The translations under genes and the position numbers were made by a program. Below are positions 55,639 through 63,311 of a DNA stretch of 64,000 nucleotides, in pieces. The notes beneath the pieces were generated by a model that worked only from the letters and a program-made list of their open reading frames with translations, searched no databases and had not been told where the DNA came from. Position 1 is the first letter of the stretch; each line of letters opens with the position of its first letter. This DNA comes from Rhodospirillales bacterium (GTDB lineage Bacteria; Pseudomonadota; Alphaproteobacteria; TMED109), in contig VXPW01000022.1 of the NCBI GenBank assembly GCA_009839325.1, positions 28,038 to 92,037 of the forward strand, read 5' to 3'.

Positions 55639-56202
55639 TCAGGAAGACTGCGGCAGCCAGTCGATGTCATCGAAGCCGCGGTCCAGGTAGCCACCGTGTT
55701 CGACCGCGGATCCCTCGAAGCCCAACGCCGCTGCGACTTCAGGATTGCCGTAGAGACCACCCAATGTCGCGCCGCGCACCGCCTCGAAGAACGCGTTGTT
55801 CGCTGCCTCTTCGCGCTTCAACGCCCTTAGTTGCAGCCCGCCGCTCTGCTCGTGGAAGGCCACAGGGGTAGAGGCGTCGCCAGACACCACTACGCCCAAG
55901 GCGCGCACCCCGTCGGTCAGCTGCGCCTGCAGGTCCGCGTCCTCGGCTGCGCTGGCATCCAGGCCGGCAACCACTTGCACGTACGGCCCGTCATCCAGAA
56001 AGTCGTGCGGATAGAGCTGGCGCGCCATCGCGATGAGGCCACGGATCGTAGTTTCGTCCAAGGCCTTCGGTTCGAAGGCCCAAGACGCGTCTTCTGCGAT
56101 CGCGATGCCACCCGCACCGAGAGTACCCGTGATCGCGACGCCAGCCGCGGTGGTACCCGTACCTTGCAGGAACTTACGCCTGCTCAGGTGACTGAAGTCC
56201 AT
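55639..56202 (-). CDS. Gluconate 2-dehydrogenase subunit-3-family small subunit with twin-arginine signal
   Basis: ORF 55639..56202(-), 187 aa. It has the TAT motif SRRKFLQGTG at the N-terminus. It lies 20 nt upstream of the GMC flavoprotein on the same strand. Confidence 0.8.
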   Translation of the reverse strand: MDFSHLSRRKFLQGTGTTAAGVAITGTLGAGGIAIAEDASWAFEPKALDETTIRGLIAMARQLYPHDFLDDGPYVQVVAGLDASAAEDADLQAQLTDGVRALGVVVSGDASTPVAFHEQSGGLQLRALKREEAANNAFFEAVRGATLGGLYGNPEVAAALGFEGSAVEHGGYLDRGFDDIDWLPQSS

Positions 56203-56335
56203 GTGTCTCCTCCGTTGCCAGCTCCGGAAGCCCCGGAGCCGCTGAGTTGCCGCGCCGGGAGGAGCCGGACCGAAACATCATACCAGCCATGCACAAAACG
56301 CACGCGCAGTGCCGCCGCTTGGACCCAGCGTTACC

Positions 56336-57778
56336 TCACGCAACCTGAGGCAGGTTCGAGCGTTGAATCGGGAACGGCACGATCTTCCCCGGATTCATGA
56401 TGTTGTGGGGATCCAAGGACTGCTTGAGCGCCTGCATGACGCCGACTCCCTCCCCTCGCTCAATCTCCAGGTACTCCATCTTGCCGTAGCCGATCCCGTG
56501 TTCACCCGTGCAGGTTCCGCCCATGTCCAATGCCCGGCGGACCAGACGATCGTGCAGCACTGCGGCTTCCCGAATTTCCTCAGGGCTGTCAGGATCCACC
56601 ATGAAGGCGATATGGAAGTTGCCATCGCCTACATGCCCGGCAACCGGAGCCGGGATCGACGAGTTTGCCGCGATGTCGGCATTCGTCTCCGAAATGCACG
56701 CTGCCAGTCGCGAAATCGGGACGCATACGTCGGTCGTCAGCGACTTGCGGCCCGGCCATCGGGCCATCAGCGCATACAGCAAATCATGACGCGCGCGCCA
56801 AAGCTGATTTCGTTCTTCCTGGTTGGCGCTCCAGGCAAAGTCACGGCCACCGAATTCCTGCGCCAGTTGTGAGACGGTTTCCGCCTGTTCCGCCGTGGAC
56901 GCCGGCGTGCCGTGAAACTCCAGAAACAGCGCAGGTGTCTCGGCGTAGCTCGTCTTGCCCCAACGGTTGAAGCATTCCATTGACAAGGCGTCCATCAGTT
57001 CCACGCGAGCCACCGGCACACCCGAGTGCGTGGTGGCGATCACAGTCCGGACCGCCGCGTCGACCGTCGGGAATGAGCAAACCGCGGAAACGATGGATTC
57101 CGGGTGCCCGAACAGCCTGAGCGTTACCTCAGTCGCGATGCCCAACGTTCCTTCGGATCCGACGAACAGACGGGTGAGATCGTAGCCGGCCGACGATTTG
57201 CGACTCCGTGTCCCTGTCTGAATGACGCGGCCGTCCGCGAGGACGATCTTTAGATCGAGTACCAGTTCGCGCATGGTCCCGTAGCGAACCGCATTGGTAC
57301 CGGACGCCCGGGTAGCGGCCATTCCTCCCAGGCTCGCATCTGCTCCAGGATCGACGGGGAAGAACAGGCCCGTGTCGCGCAGGTGCTCGTTCAGCCGGCG
57401 CCGCGTTACACCGGCCTCCACCGTGCAGTCGAGGTCTTCCGGATTGACGGCAAGTACCCGATCCATTCTGCTCAGGTCGATGCATACCCCTCCTTCAAGA
57501 GCCGCAACGTGTCCCTCGAGGGATGTACCGGTCCCGAACGGGATCACGGGAATATGGTCGCGCGCGCAGAGAGCCACGGTACGTGACACTTCCTCGGTGG
57601 TTTCGCAAAACACGACCACGTCCGGGCGATGTCCCGCGTGGTACGATTCATCCCGGCCGTGCTGATCCAGGATCGCCGGCGCCGTCGAGACTCGGTCACC
57701 AAGAAACTCCTTGAGTTCTCCGACCACGCTCGACTTCGGCGGGAACCGCCGCCGGGAGGCAACTGCGCTGGTTGGCAT
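56336..57778 (-). CDS. FAD-linked oxidase (GlcD / D-lactate dehydrogenase family)
   Basis: ORF 56336..58021(-), trimmed to ATG 57778. It has the FAD_binding_4 pattern (VVFCETTEEVSRTVALCARDHIPVIPFGTGTSLEGH) and a C-terminal FAD-oxidase_C region (GTCTGEHGIGYGK). Confidence 0.85.
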   Translation of the reverse strand: MPTSAVASRRRFPPKSSVVGELKEFLGDRVSTAPAILDQHGRDESYHAGHRPDVVVFCETTEEVSRTVALCARDHIPVIPFGTGTSLEGHVAALEGGVCIDLSRMDRVLAVNPEDLDCTVEAGVTRRRLNEHLRDTGLFFPVDPGADASLGGMAATRASGTNAVRYGTMRELVLDLKIVLADGRVIQTGTRSRKSSAGYDLTRLFVGSEGTLGIATEVTLRLFGHPESIVSAVCSFPTVDAAVRTVIATTHSGVPVARVELMDALSMECFNRWGKTSYAETPALFLEFHGTPASTAEQAETVSQLAQEFGGRDFAWSANQEERNQLWRARHDLLYALMARWPGRKSLTTDVCVPISRLAACISETNADIAANSSIPAPVAGHVGDGNFHIAFMVDPDSPEEIREAAVLHDRLVRRALDMGGTCTGEHGIGYGKMEYLEIERGEGVGVMQALKQSLDPHNIMNPGKIVPFPIQRSNLPQVA

Positions 57779-57959
57779 CGATGACGTTCTCACATTGCTG
57801 CTGTACCCAATCCTAGCGGAGATGAACGTGCCCGACCGTGAGGCGCGTGCATTGGATTGGCCAACGGAGCGAAGAATTGCTGGCCAACGAACGCGACTTT
57901 GGAATTTCCTGACCAATTGCGCAGAATGGGCGTGTCGCGGCAGCTGCCAGGAGATCGCC

Positions 57960-58646
57960 ATGCCTGCGGACCCGCCCGTAGTGCTAGGACCTGAGCAGCC
58001 GTGGAAACGGCTGCTTGCCATGATCGCGTTCGGCGCAATTGGCTATGTCCTGCTTCCTCTATTGCTGCTGCTCGCCGTGGTCCAATTCGGATTTCATCTG
58101 TGGGCTGACCGCAGCAATGAGCGCATCACGCAGCTCGCGGATGCAATGAAGGCGCTGCTGGGCGCGATCCTCGACTTCCTGCTCTATCGGAGCGATCACC
58201 TGCCGTTCCCATTCAATCCCTTTCCGGAATCCTCGGTGCCCGGAGAGCGGTTCGCATTCTCTCCGGATATCGGCGCAGCCGACGCCGCCACGGAAGTACC
58301 GTCCGCCTGGCAGGCATGTCTTCGCCACCTCGGCGGGTGTCGAGCCGGCGAACACACTGAATTGCGCGTCGCCGATGCCGTCCGGGCGGATGACACAGAG
58401 GCGCTGGTTGCGATCGGAATTCGCCCCTGGGTGCTGGAAGGCGAGGCACACATCGCGTTCGCGGCCCGCCACGCCGAATTGAACGGACTGTTTGTAGGCA
58501 CCCGGTGGCAGGGGCGTGCGTGGCTCTCCGCCCTGAAGGGCGCGCCGGGTGCCGTCAATCGTCGGATTCGAATCCAGGCCCACGCCAATCCCCGGCATGC
58601 TGTCTTGATTCCGCTGCGCGTGGTCGTCGCCGCCTTCGACAGCTGA
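57960..58646 (+). CDS. Hypothetical protein: DUF4389-like membrane N-terminus fused to an unrecognised ~140-residue C-terminal region
   Basis: ORF 57711..58646(+), trimmed to ATG 57960. The N-terminus (WKRLLAMIAFGAIGYVLLPLLLLLAVVQFGFHLWADRSNERITQLADAMKALLGAILDFLLYRSDHLPFPFNPFP) resembles the DUF4389 pattern as I recall it. Third-position G/C bias persists through the C-terminal part. The start is uncertain. Confidence 0.5.
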   Translation: MPADPPVVLGPEQPWKRLLAMIAFGAIGYVLLPLLLLLAVVQFGFHLWADRSNERITQLADAMKALLGAILDFLLYRSDHLPFPFNPFPESSVPGERFAFSPDIGAADAATEVPSAWQACLRHLGGCRAGEHTELRVADAVRADDTEALVAIGIRPWVLEGEAHIAFAARHAELNGLFVGTRWQGRAWLSALKGAPGAVNRRIRIQAHANPRHAVLIPLRVVVAAFDS

Positions 58647-58778
58647 GGCCACATGGCGCCACGCCCTCGCGCGTACCGGATGCGTTGCGGAGAACGGCAC
58701 ATCTGCTTACGATGGAAGGGTTTGCTGGCCGGAGCGGTTGACCCCGTCCGGCCAGCCGCCATCCTTGGGAGGAAATAG

Positions 58779-60560
58779 ATGACCCTTTCCCGCATCGGCT
58801 CGGCCCTTGGGGCCGCTGCCACTGTGGCAATGGTCTCCGCGTTGTTTGCATCGTCGGGTTCGGCGATGGATCACGGGAACGAGATCGCCAGTTGCGCTGA
58901 TGAAAACTGGTGCGCCTATCACCGCACCATCGACAAGGCCTATCGCCACTCGCCACTTACCGAGATCAACAAAGACAACCTTGGTGACCTCAACGTGGCT
59001 TGGCTCTTCCAGCCCGGTGGCGCGGAGCAATCAGCCGGTGGACTTCACAGTACACAGCTCGTGCTCGACGGCGCCATGTACGTTGCCTACAACCCATCTT
59101 CGGTGATGAAGCTCGACGCGGCCACTGGTCAGCGTCTGTGGGCCTACGTCCCTGAGATGAACCAGGCGGTGGTTGCCCGCTCGGCATTCGCACACACTCG
59201 CGGCACGGCCGTGGGCGGTGGACGTGTTTACATGGGTCTGGCAGACGGCCGGATCGTGGCGCTCAGCCAGGATGACGGATCTGTTCTTTGGGACCAGCAG
59301 ATCGTCGATTCCGCCAAGATCACGGCGGGCTTCAGCGGCGCGGCCACCTACGTCAGCGAAAACATGATGGTGATCGGGCAGAACGGTGGTGAGTACCCGG
59401 TCGAAGGCCGGATCTTCGGCATCAACCCGCAGGACGGATCGGTTGTTTGGACCTTCTACACGACCGGCCGCGGCGACGACGCAGCGCTGGCGACCTGGGG
59501 TGGTGACTCATGGCTGTACGGCGGCGGCGGCTCCTGGCAGCCCGGTACCGTCGACTTCGACAACAACCAGATCATCATGGGTACGGGTAACCCGAACCCC
59601 GACTACGACTACTGTGGCGCCGACTGCCGCGACCCGAACGTGGACGCGCACCGGCCTGGCGACAACCTCTACACGTCGTCCACCGTGGCGCTTGACCTCG
59701 ACACTGGCGCGCTCAACTGGTACTTCCAGGAAGCGCCCAGCGACCCGTACGACTACGACGCCTCACCCGGCGAGTACGTGATCTTTGAGAAAGATGGTCG
59801 CCGGATGGTCCTCCACCCGGGCAAGAGCGGGTTCAACCACGTTCATGATGCTGCGACCGGCCAGCCGCTGGCGGTCTACTCAGCGATGAACCACCAGAAC
59901 TGGACTTCGGGCTTCAACCTGGAAACCGGCGAGTTCGAGAACATGCTCTGGCCGGTTGCGGGCGAGAAGACCCTGGTCTGCCCGGCCATCGACGGTGGCC
60001 ACAGCTGGAACGCGGGTTCCTACAACCCGAACAACGGTATCTCCTACCGCACGGTCCAGGAGTGGTGCATGTGGCTGACGATCGCCCACAAGGACGGTTC
60101 CGGCCCGATCAGCTTCGGTGAAGCCACGCGGATCACCGAACCGTACGCGCAGGTGTACATGGCCGCAGAGTGGATCCAGGCTGACCCGGAGGCCGACAAG
60201 GCCCACGGCCGTCTGGTCGCGCGTGAGCCGGTTTCCGGTGAGATCCTTTGGGAGAAGCGCTACGACATCATCCCGCACTCGGCCCTCTTGACGACGGGCA
60301 GCGGGCTGCTGTTCAACGCGGACTACACCGGCAACCTCGAAGCCATCGACGGGGACACGGGTGACATCCTCTGGACGTTCAACCTTGGTTCCGGCACGAA
60401 CGGCGGGATCATTTCCTACGCCGTTGACGGCAAGCAGTACATTTCCGTGGCCACCGGTCACGGGACGTACGTCGGCATGGGTATGCTCGCTGGCGCCTTC
60501 GCCGGGGAGACCCTGGACTACCAGCGCAGCGCGCTCGTAGTCACCTTTGCCTTGAAGTAA
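58779..60560 (+). CDS. PQQ-dependent dehydrogenase, methanol/ethanol family (periplasmic, divergent)
   Basis: ORF 58779..60560(+), 593 aa. A GGGAGG Shine-Dalgarno sequence lies 7 nt upstream, and there is a signal peptide. Family motifs are NWCAYHRTIDKAYRHSPLTEINKDNLGDLNVAW, GTGNPNP, RPGDNLYTSSTVALD, PSDPYDYDA and W-rich propeller repeats. Confidence 0.9.
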   Translation: MTLSRIGSALGAAATVAMVSALFASSGSAMDHGNEIASCADENWCAYHRTIDKAYRHSPLTEINKDNLGDLNVAWLFQPGGAEQSAGGLHSTQLVLDGAMYVAYNPSSVMKLDAATGQRLWAYVPEMNQAVVARSAFAHTRGTAVGGGRVYMGLADGRIVALSQDDGSVLWDQQIVDSAKITAGFSGAATYVSENMMVIGQNGGEYPVEGRIFGINPQDGSVVWTFYTTGRGDDAALATWGGDSWLYGGGGSWQPGTVDFDNNQIIMGTGNPNPDYDYCGADCRDPNVDAHRPGDNLYTSSTVALDLDTGALNWYFQEAPSDPYDYDASPGEYVIFEKDGRRMVLHPGKSGFNHVHDAATGQPLAVYSAMNHQNWTSGFNLETGEFENMLWPVAGEKTLVCPAIDGGHSWNAGSYNPNNGISYRTVQEWCMWLTIAHKDGSGPISFGEATRITEPYAQVYMAAEWIQADPEADKAHGRLVAREPVSGEILWEKRYDIIPHSALLTTGSGLLFNADYTGNLEAIDGDTGDILWTFNLGSGTNGGIISYAVDGKQYISVATGHGTYVGMGMLAGAFAGETLDYQRSALVVTFALK

Positions 60561-60578
60561 AGGTTCGCACGTAGTTTG

Positions 60579-60615
60579 GCGGGTGGCGGACACGGGTCCG
60601 CCACCCGCTTTTCTC
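60579..60615 (+). terminator. Rho-independent terminator after the PQQ dehydrogenase gene
   Basis: gcgggtggcggac (60579-60591), loop acgg, gtccgccacccgc (60596-60608). This is an exact 13-bp stem, followed by ttttctc (60609-60615). Confidence 0.75.
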
Positions 60616-60662
60616 TGATGTTGCACCGTTGGAAGGCCGGGTGTTCCCGGCCTTGAACTTAC

Positions 60663-61067
60663 ATGAAACCGTTACTCTTCCGTTCCGTAGTGCTGGCAAC
60701 AGCGCTCATCGCCGGCTCAATTACTCCCGCGGTTGCCGAGAGTGACGAAGTGCCCGACCCCATTGACATCGAATCCGCCAACCCCATGTCGGGAGATCCT
60801 GAAGCCATCGAGGCCGGAGCGTTCCTCTACGGTCGGTGGTGCGTGCAGTGCCACGGAGTCAAGGCCGACGGCTGGTCACCCCGGTGGGGAAAGTGGGGAT
60901 TTGACCTCCGCACCTGGTGGAGGGGCTACGAGAAGTTCATTGAAGTCGTGGCCGTCGGGAAACTGCCGAAGATGCCGCCATTCGGAGAGTACTTGGATTT
61001 CGATCAGATCAGCCAGATCGGAGCGTTTCTCGAAACGGTTTCGATCGAAGGAGCGAACTGGCAATGA
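60663..61067 (+). CDS. Periplasmic mono-haem c-type cytochrome
   Basis: ORF 60663..61067(+), 134 aa. It has a signal peptide (LATALIAGSITPAVA), the haem-binding motif CVQCH, and a distal Met region (LPKMPPFG). Confidence 0.8.
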   Translation: MKPLLFRSVVLATALIAGSITPAVAESDEVPDPIDIESANPMSGDPEAIEAGAFLYGRWCVQCHGVKADGWSPRWGKWGFDLRTWWRGYEKFIEVVAVGKLPKMPPFGEYLDFDQISQIGAFLETVSIEGANWQ

Positions 61068-61462
61068 CCCTACTTCGGATGCTGGGATGCCTCGTCCTGC
61101 TAGGCGCGGCGTCCCCGGCTGTCGCGCAGAACACGTTCACCGATTACTTCACGTTCGGCAAACCGACCTGGATCTGTCGGACCGCCGACGCTTTCCGGAG
61201 CCTTGAAACCCGGCTCGCCGAGACCGACACGCCGGGCGACCTCCCCTGTGCCTTGATCACCCTCGACGACGTGGAGGACATCATGGCGCCTTGGATCGGC
61301 ATCGTTGGCGAGCAGGACGACCTTGTCGAGGTCCAGTTCCTGGTCGAGCGTTACCAGCGGCTCCGACCACCGGAGGTGCCACGGCGCGGCGGGCGCGCGA
61401 CGCGGGTCGAATTCGTGGGCTGGACCAAGCGCGAGTCGCTGGAGGCGGTGACTACCTTCTAG
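61064..61462 (+). CDS. Small secreted hypothetical protein, translationally coupled to the cytochrome c gene
   Basis: ORF 61064..61462(+), 132 aa. It has an ATGA overlap with the cytochrome stop and a signal peptide (LGCLVLLGAASPAVAQ). Third-position G/C bias is high. I recognise no family motif. Confidence 0.6.
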   Translation: MTLLRMLGCLVLLGAASPAVAQNTFTDYFTFGKPTWICRTADAFRSLETRLAETDTPGDLPCALITLDDVEDIMAPWIGIVGEQDDLVEVQFLVERYQRLRPPEVPRRGGRATRVEFVGWTKRESLEAVTTF

Positions 61463-61463
61463 G

Positions 61464-62309
61464 TCACCACGTCGGAACATCGCCACCGGCTCGCATCCGG
61501 GCCTCCCGGTCGGAGGCCCGCTCGGACTGCTTGCCCGGCGCTCCCTGCACCATCTCGATGAGTTCCGCCGCTTCCTGAGCGGTCATCTCACGGGCAGTCG
61601 CGCTCGTGAGGTCGATTTTCTGCGCCTCGTTGGCGCCCTTCGCCTGACCGGCTTCCCGACCACCTTCTCCTGGATCCCCTCCCTGCCGGGCCCGTGACTG
61701 GCCTTCGTTCGGTTGCGGCCGTCCAGCCTTGACGTCCCCGGGATCCCACCCTTCCGGTGTTTCGACCCCCTCGTCGGTGCGGGCCTCCCCTTCAGCCATG
61801 CCCTCGCTGCCCGCAGTTACCAGCAGGCGCCGGGCCAGCTCATCCTGGAGGCGCAGCCCGAGCTCGAGGTTGTACGCAGCGTCTTCCAGCGTCGGGTCGA
61901 TGGCAAGCGCATCCCGATACTGCTCGATGGCCTCCCGCAGGTAGGCATCGGCGTTCAGGAAGCTCATCACCGCGTTTACCGTCTGGCGGTAGCGGACAGA
62001 GCCGAGGTTGTAATGCACCAGGGCTCGCAACTCCGACGGCGCTGTTTCCAGAGCCAGGGTGAAGTACCGATCGGCTGCGGCATTGTCGTGCGCCGCATAC
62101 GCTGCTACGCCCCGGGCGAACAGCGTTTCAGGAGTCTCCCCTCCCTCCGCCTCGGCGGCTTCAAACCGAGCCAGTGCCTCGGCAAAGTCGCCAGCCGCAT
62201 AGGCCCGGATACCCATGTCCATTTCCTGGCGGGCCAGATCCTCCTCCGCGCAACCTCCGAGCGCCAGCAAGCCCGTCACCGCGCCGCACCGGATCCAGCC
62301 CCGAATCAT
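61464..62309 (-). CDS. TPR-repeat (BatC-like) putative lipoprotein with charged low-complexity C-terminal half
   Basis: ORF 61464..62321(-). It has a lipobox-like LALGGC and TPR-like helices (GIRAYAAGDFAEALARFEAA, ARGVAAYAAHDNAAADRYFTLAL, AAYNLELGL). The start is ATG 62309 (ATGA overlap with the upstream stop) or ATG 62321. Confidence 0.7.
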   Translation of the reverse strand: MIRGWIRCGAVTGLLALGGCAEEDLARQEMDMGIRAYAAGDFAEALARFEAAEAEGGETPETLFARGVAAYAAHDNAAADRYFTLALETAPSELRALVHYNLGSVRYRQTVNAVMSFLNADAYLREAIEQYRDALAIDPTLEDAAYNLELGLRLQDELARRLLVTAGSEGMAEGEARTDEGVETPEGWDPGDVKAGRPQPNEGQSRARQGGDPGEGGREAGQAKGANEAQKIDLTSATAREMTAQEAAELIEMVQGAPGKQSERASDREARMRAGGDVPTW

Positions 62310-63301
62310 CGCACCCGCCATCCCAACGCACCGCCCATGAGCAAGACCAGTGCCGGCACCGCCAACCAGTGATACAGCGGCCGACGTCTTTGCTCGCGAC
62401 CTTCGGCCGCGAACGCGCGCCTGGGAGCGCCATCGATCGCGGTGAACACGTCGCCAACGCAGCCGGCCTGGTGGAGCGCGCAGAACGAACCGCCGCTGAA
62501 TGCGGCGAGATCCCGCATGCTCGCATGGTCGGCCCGGCTCCGGACAGGTTCATCCTGGTAAAGCAGCGGCGCGTCGATCCCGTCCGCACCCGGGACGAGC
62601 ACCGGTGTCGGCAGGTGCGGGATACCGAGCGCCAGCACGTGGACCGCCACGCCGGTCCCGCGAAGATTCCGACCCGCCGCCCGCAAGGCCGTTCCGTGAT
62701 CTTCGCCGTCCGAGACCAACACTACGTCGGTAAATCCCTCATCGCCGGTCTCGATGCTGCCCAACGCGGCCGCCAGTCCGGCATCCACGCGAGTACCCCG
62801 GCGGGAGATGTCATGGGGGCCCACGGCGTCGAAGCGGGACCGGAACGCCTCGTAGTCGAGCGCCGGCGGTAGCAAGAGCGTGGCACGGCCGGCAAACGCA
62901 AGCAGCGATAGCCGGTGACCGCCGTCCCCGGCGAGCAGTTCCACCAGCCGATCGACGGCGTCCCGCGCAGCTTCAGCACGGGAACCCGCGTCATGGTCTC
63001 GCGCATACATGCTGAGTGATACGTCCAGCACCACCAGGACGTCGCGTCCCTCGCGGGAGGCGACCCCTTCCTCCAAGCCCCCGATCGGCCTGGCGAGAGC
63101 GATCCCCATCAGCGCAACGGCGGCAGCCACCGACCACGTGGCACGTCGGCGGGCGACGGCCATGACCGACAACTGGCCCGAACCGGGATGGAATATGGCG
63201 ACCGCGCGCGCGCGGGCCCGCGCGGCATGCCCATGCAGCAACAGCAACCCCGCCGCGGCCAGTGGAGCAATCCACAGCAGGGACACGTACTCGAACTCCA
63301 T
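62306..63301 (-). CDS. von Willebrand factor A domain membrane protein (BatB-like)
   Basis: ORF 62306..63301(-), 331 aa. It has N- and C-terminal TM helices. The VWA MIDAS motif is VLVVLDVSLSM, and VVLVSDGEDHG is also present. Confidence 0.8.
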   Translation of the reverse strand: MEFEYVSLLWIAPLAAAGLLLLHGHAARARARAVAIFHPGSGQLSVMAVARRRATWSVAAAVALMGIALARPIGGLEEGVASREGRDVLVVLDVSLSMYARDHDAGSRAEAARDAVDRLVELLAGDGGHRLSLLAFAGRATLLLPPALDYEAFRSRFDAVGPHDISRRGTRVDAGLAAALGSIETGDEGFTDVVLVSDGEDHGTALRAAGRNLRGTGVAVHVLALGIPHLPTPVLVPGADGIDAPLLYQDEPVRSRADHASMRDLAAFSGGSFCALHQAGCVGDVFTAIDGAPRRAFAAEGREQRRRPLYHWLAVPALVLLMGGALGWRVR

Positions 63302-63311
63302 GTCCCGTTCC

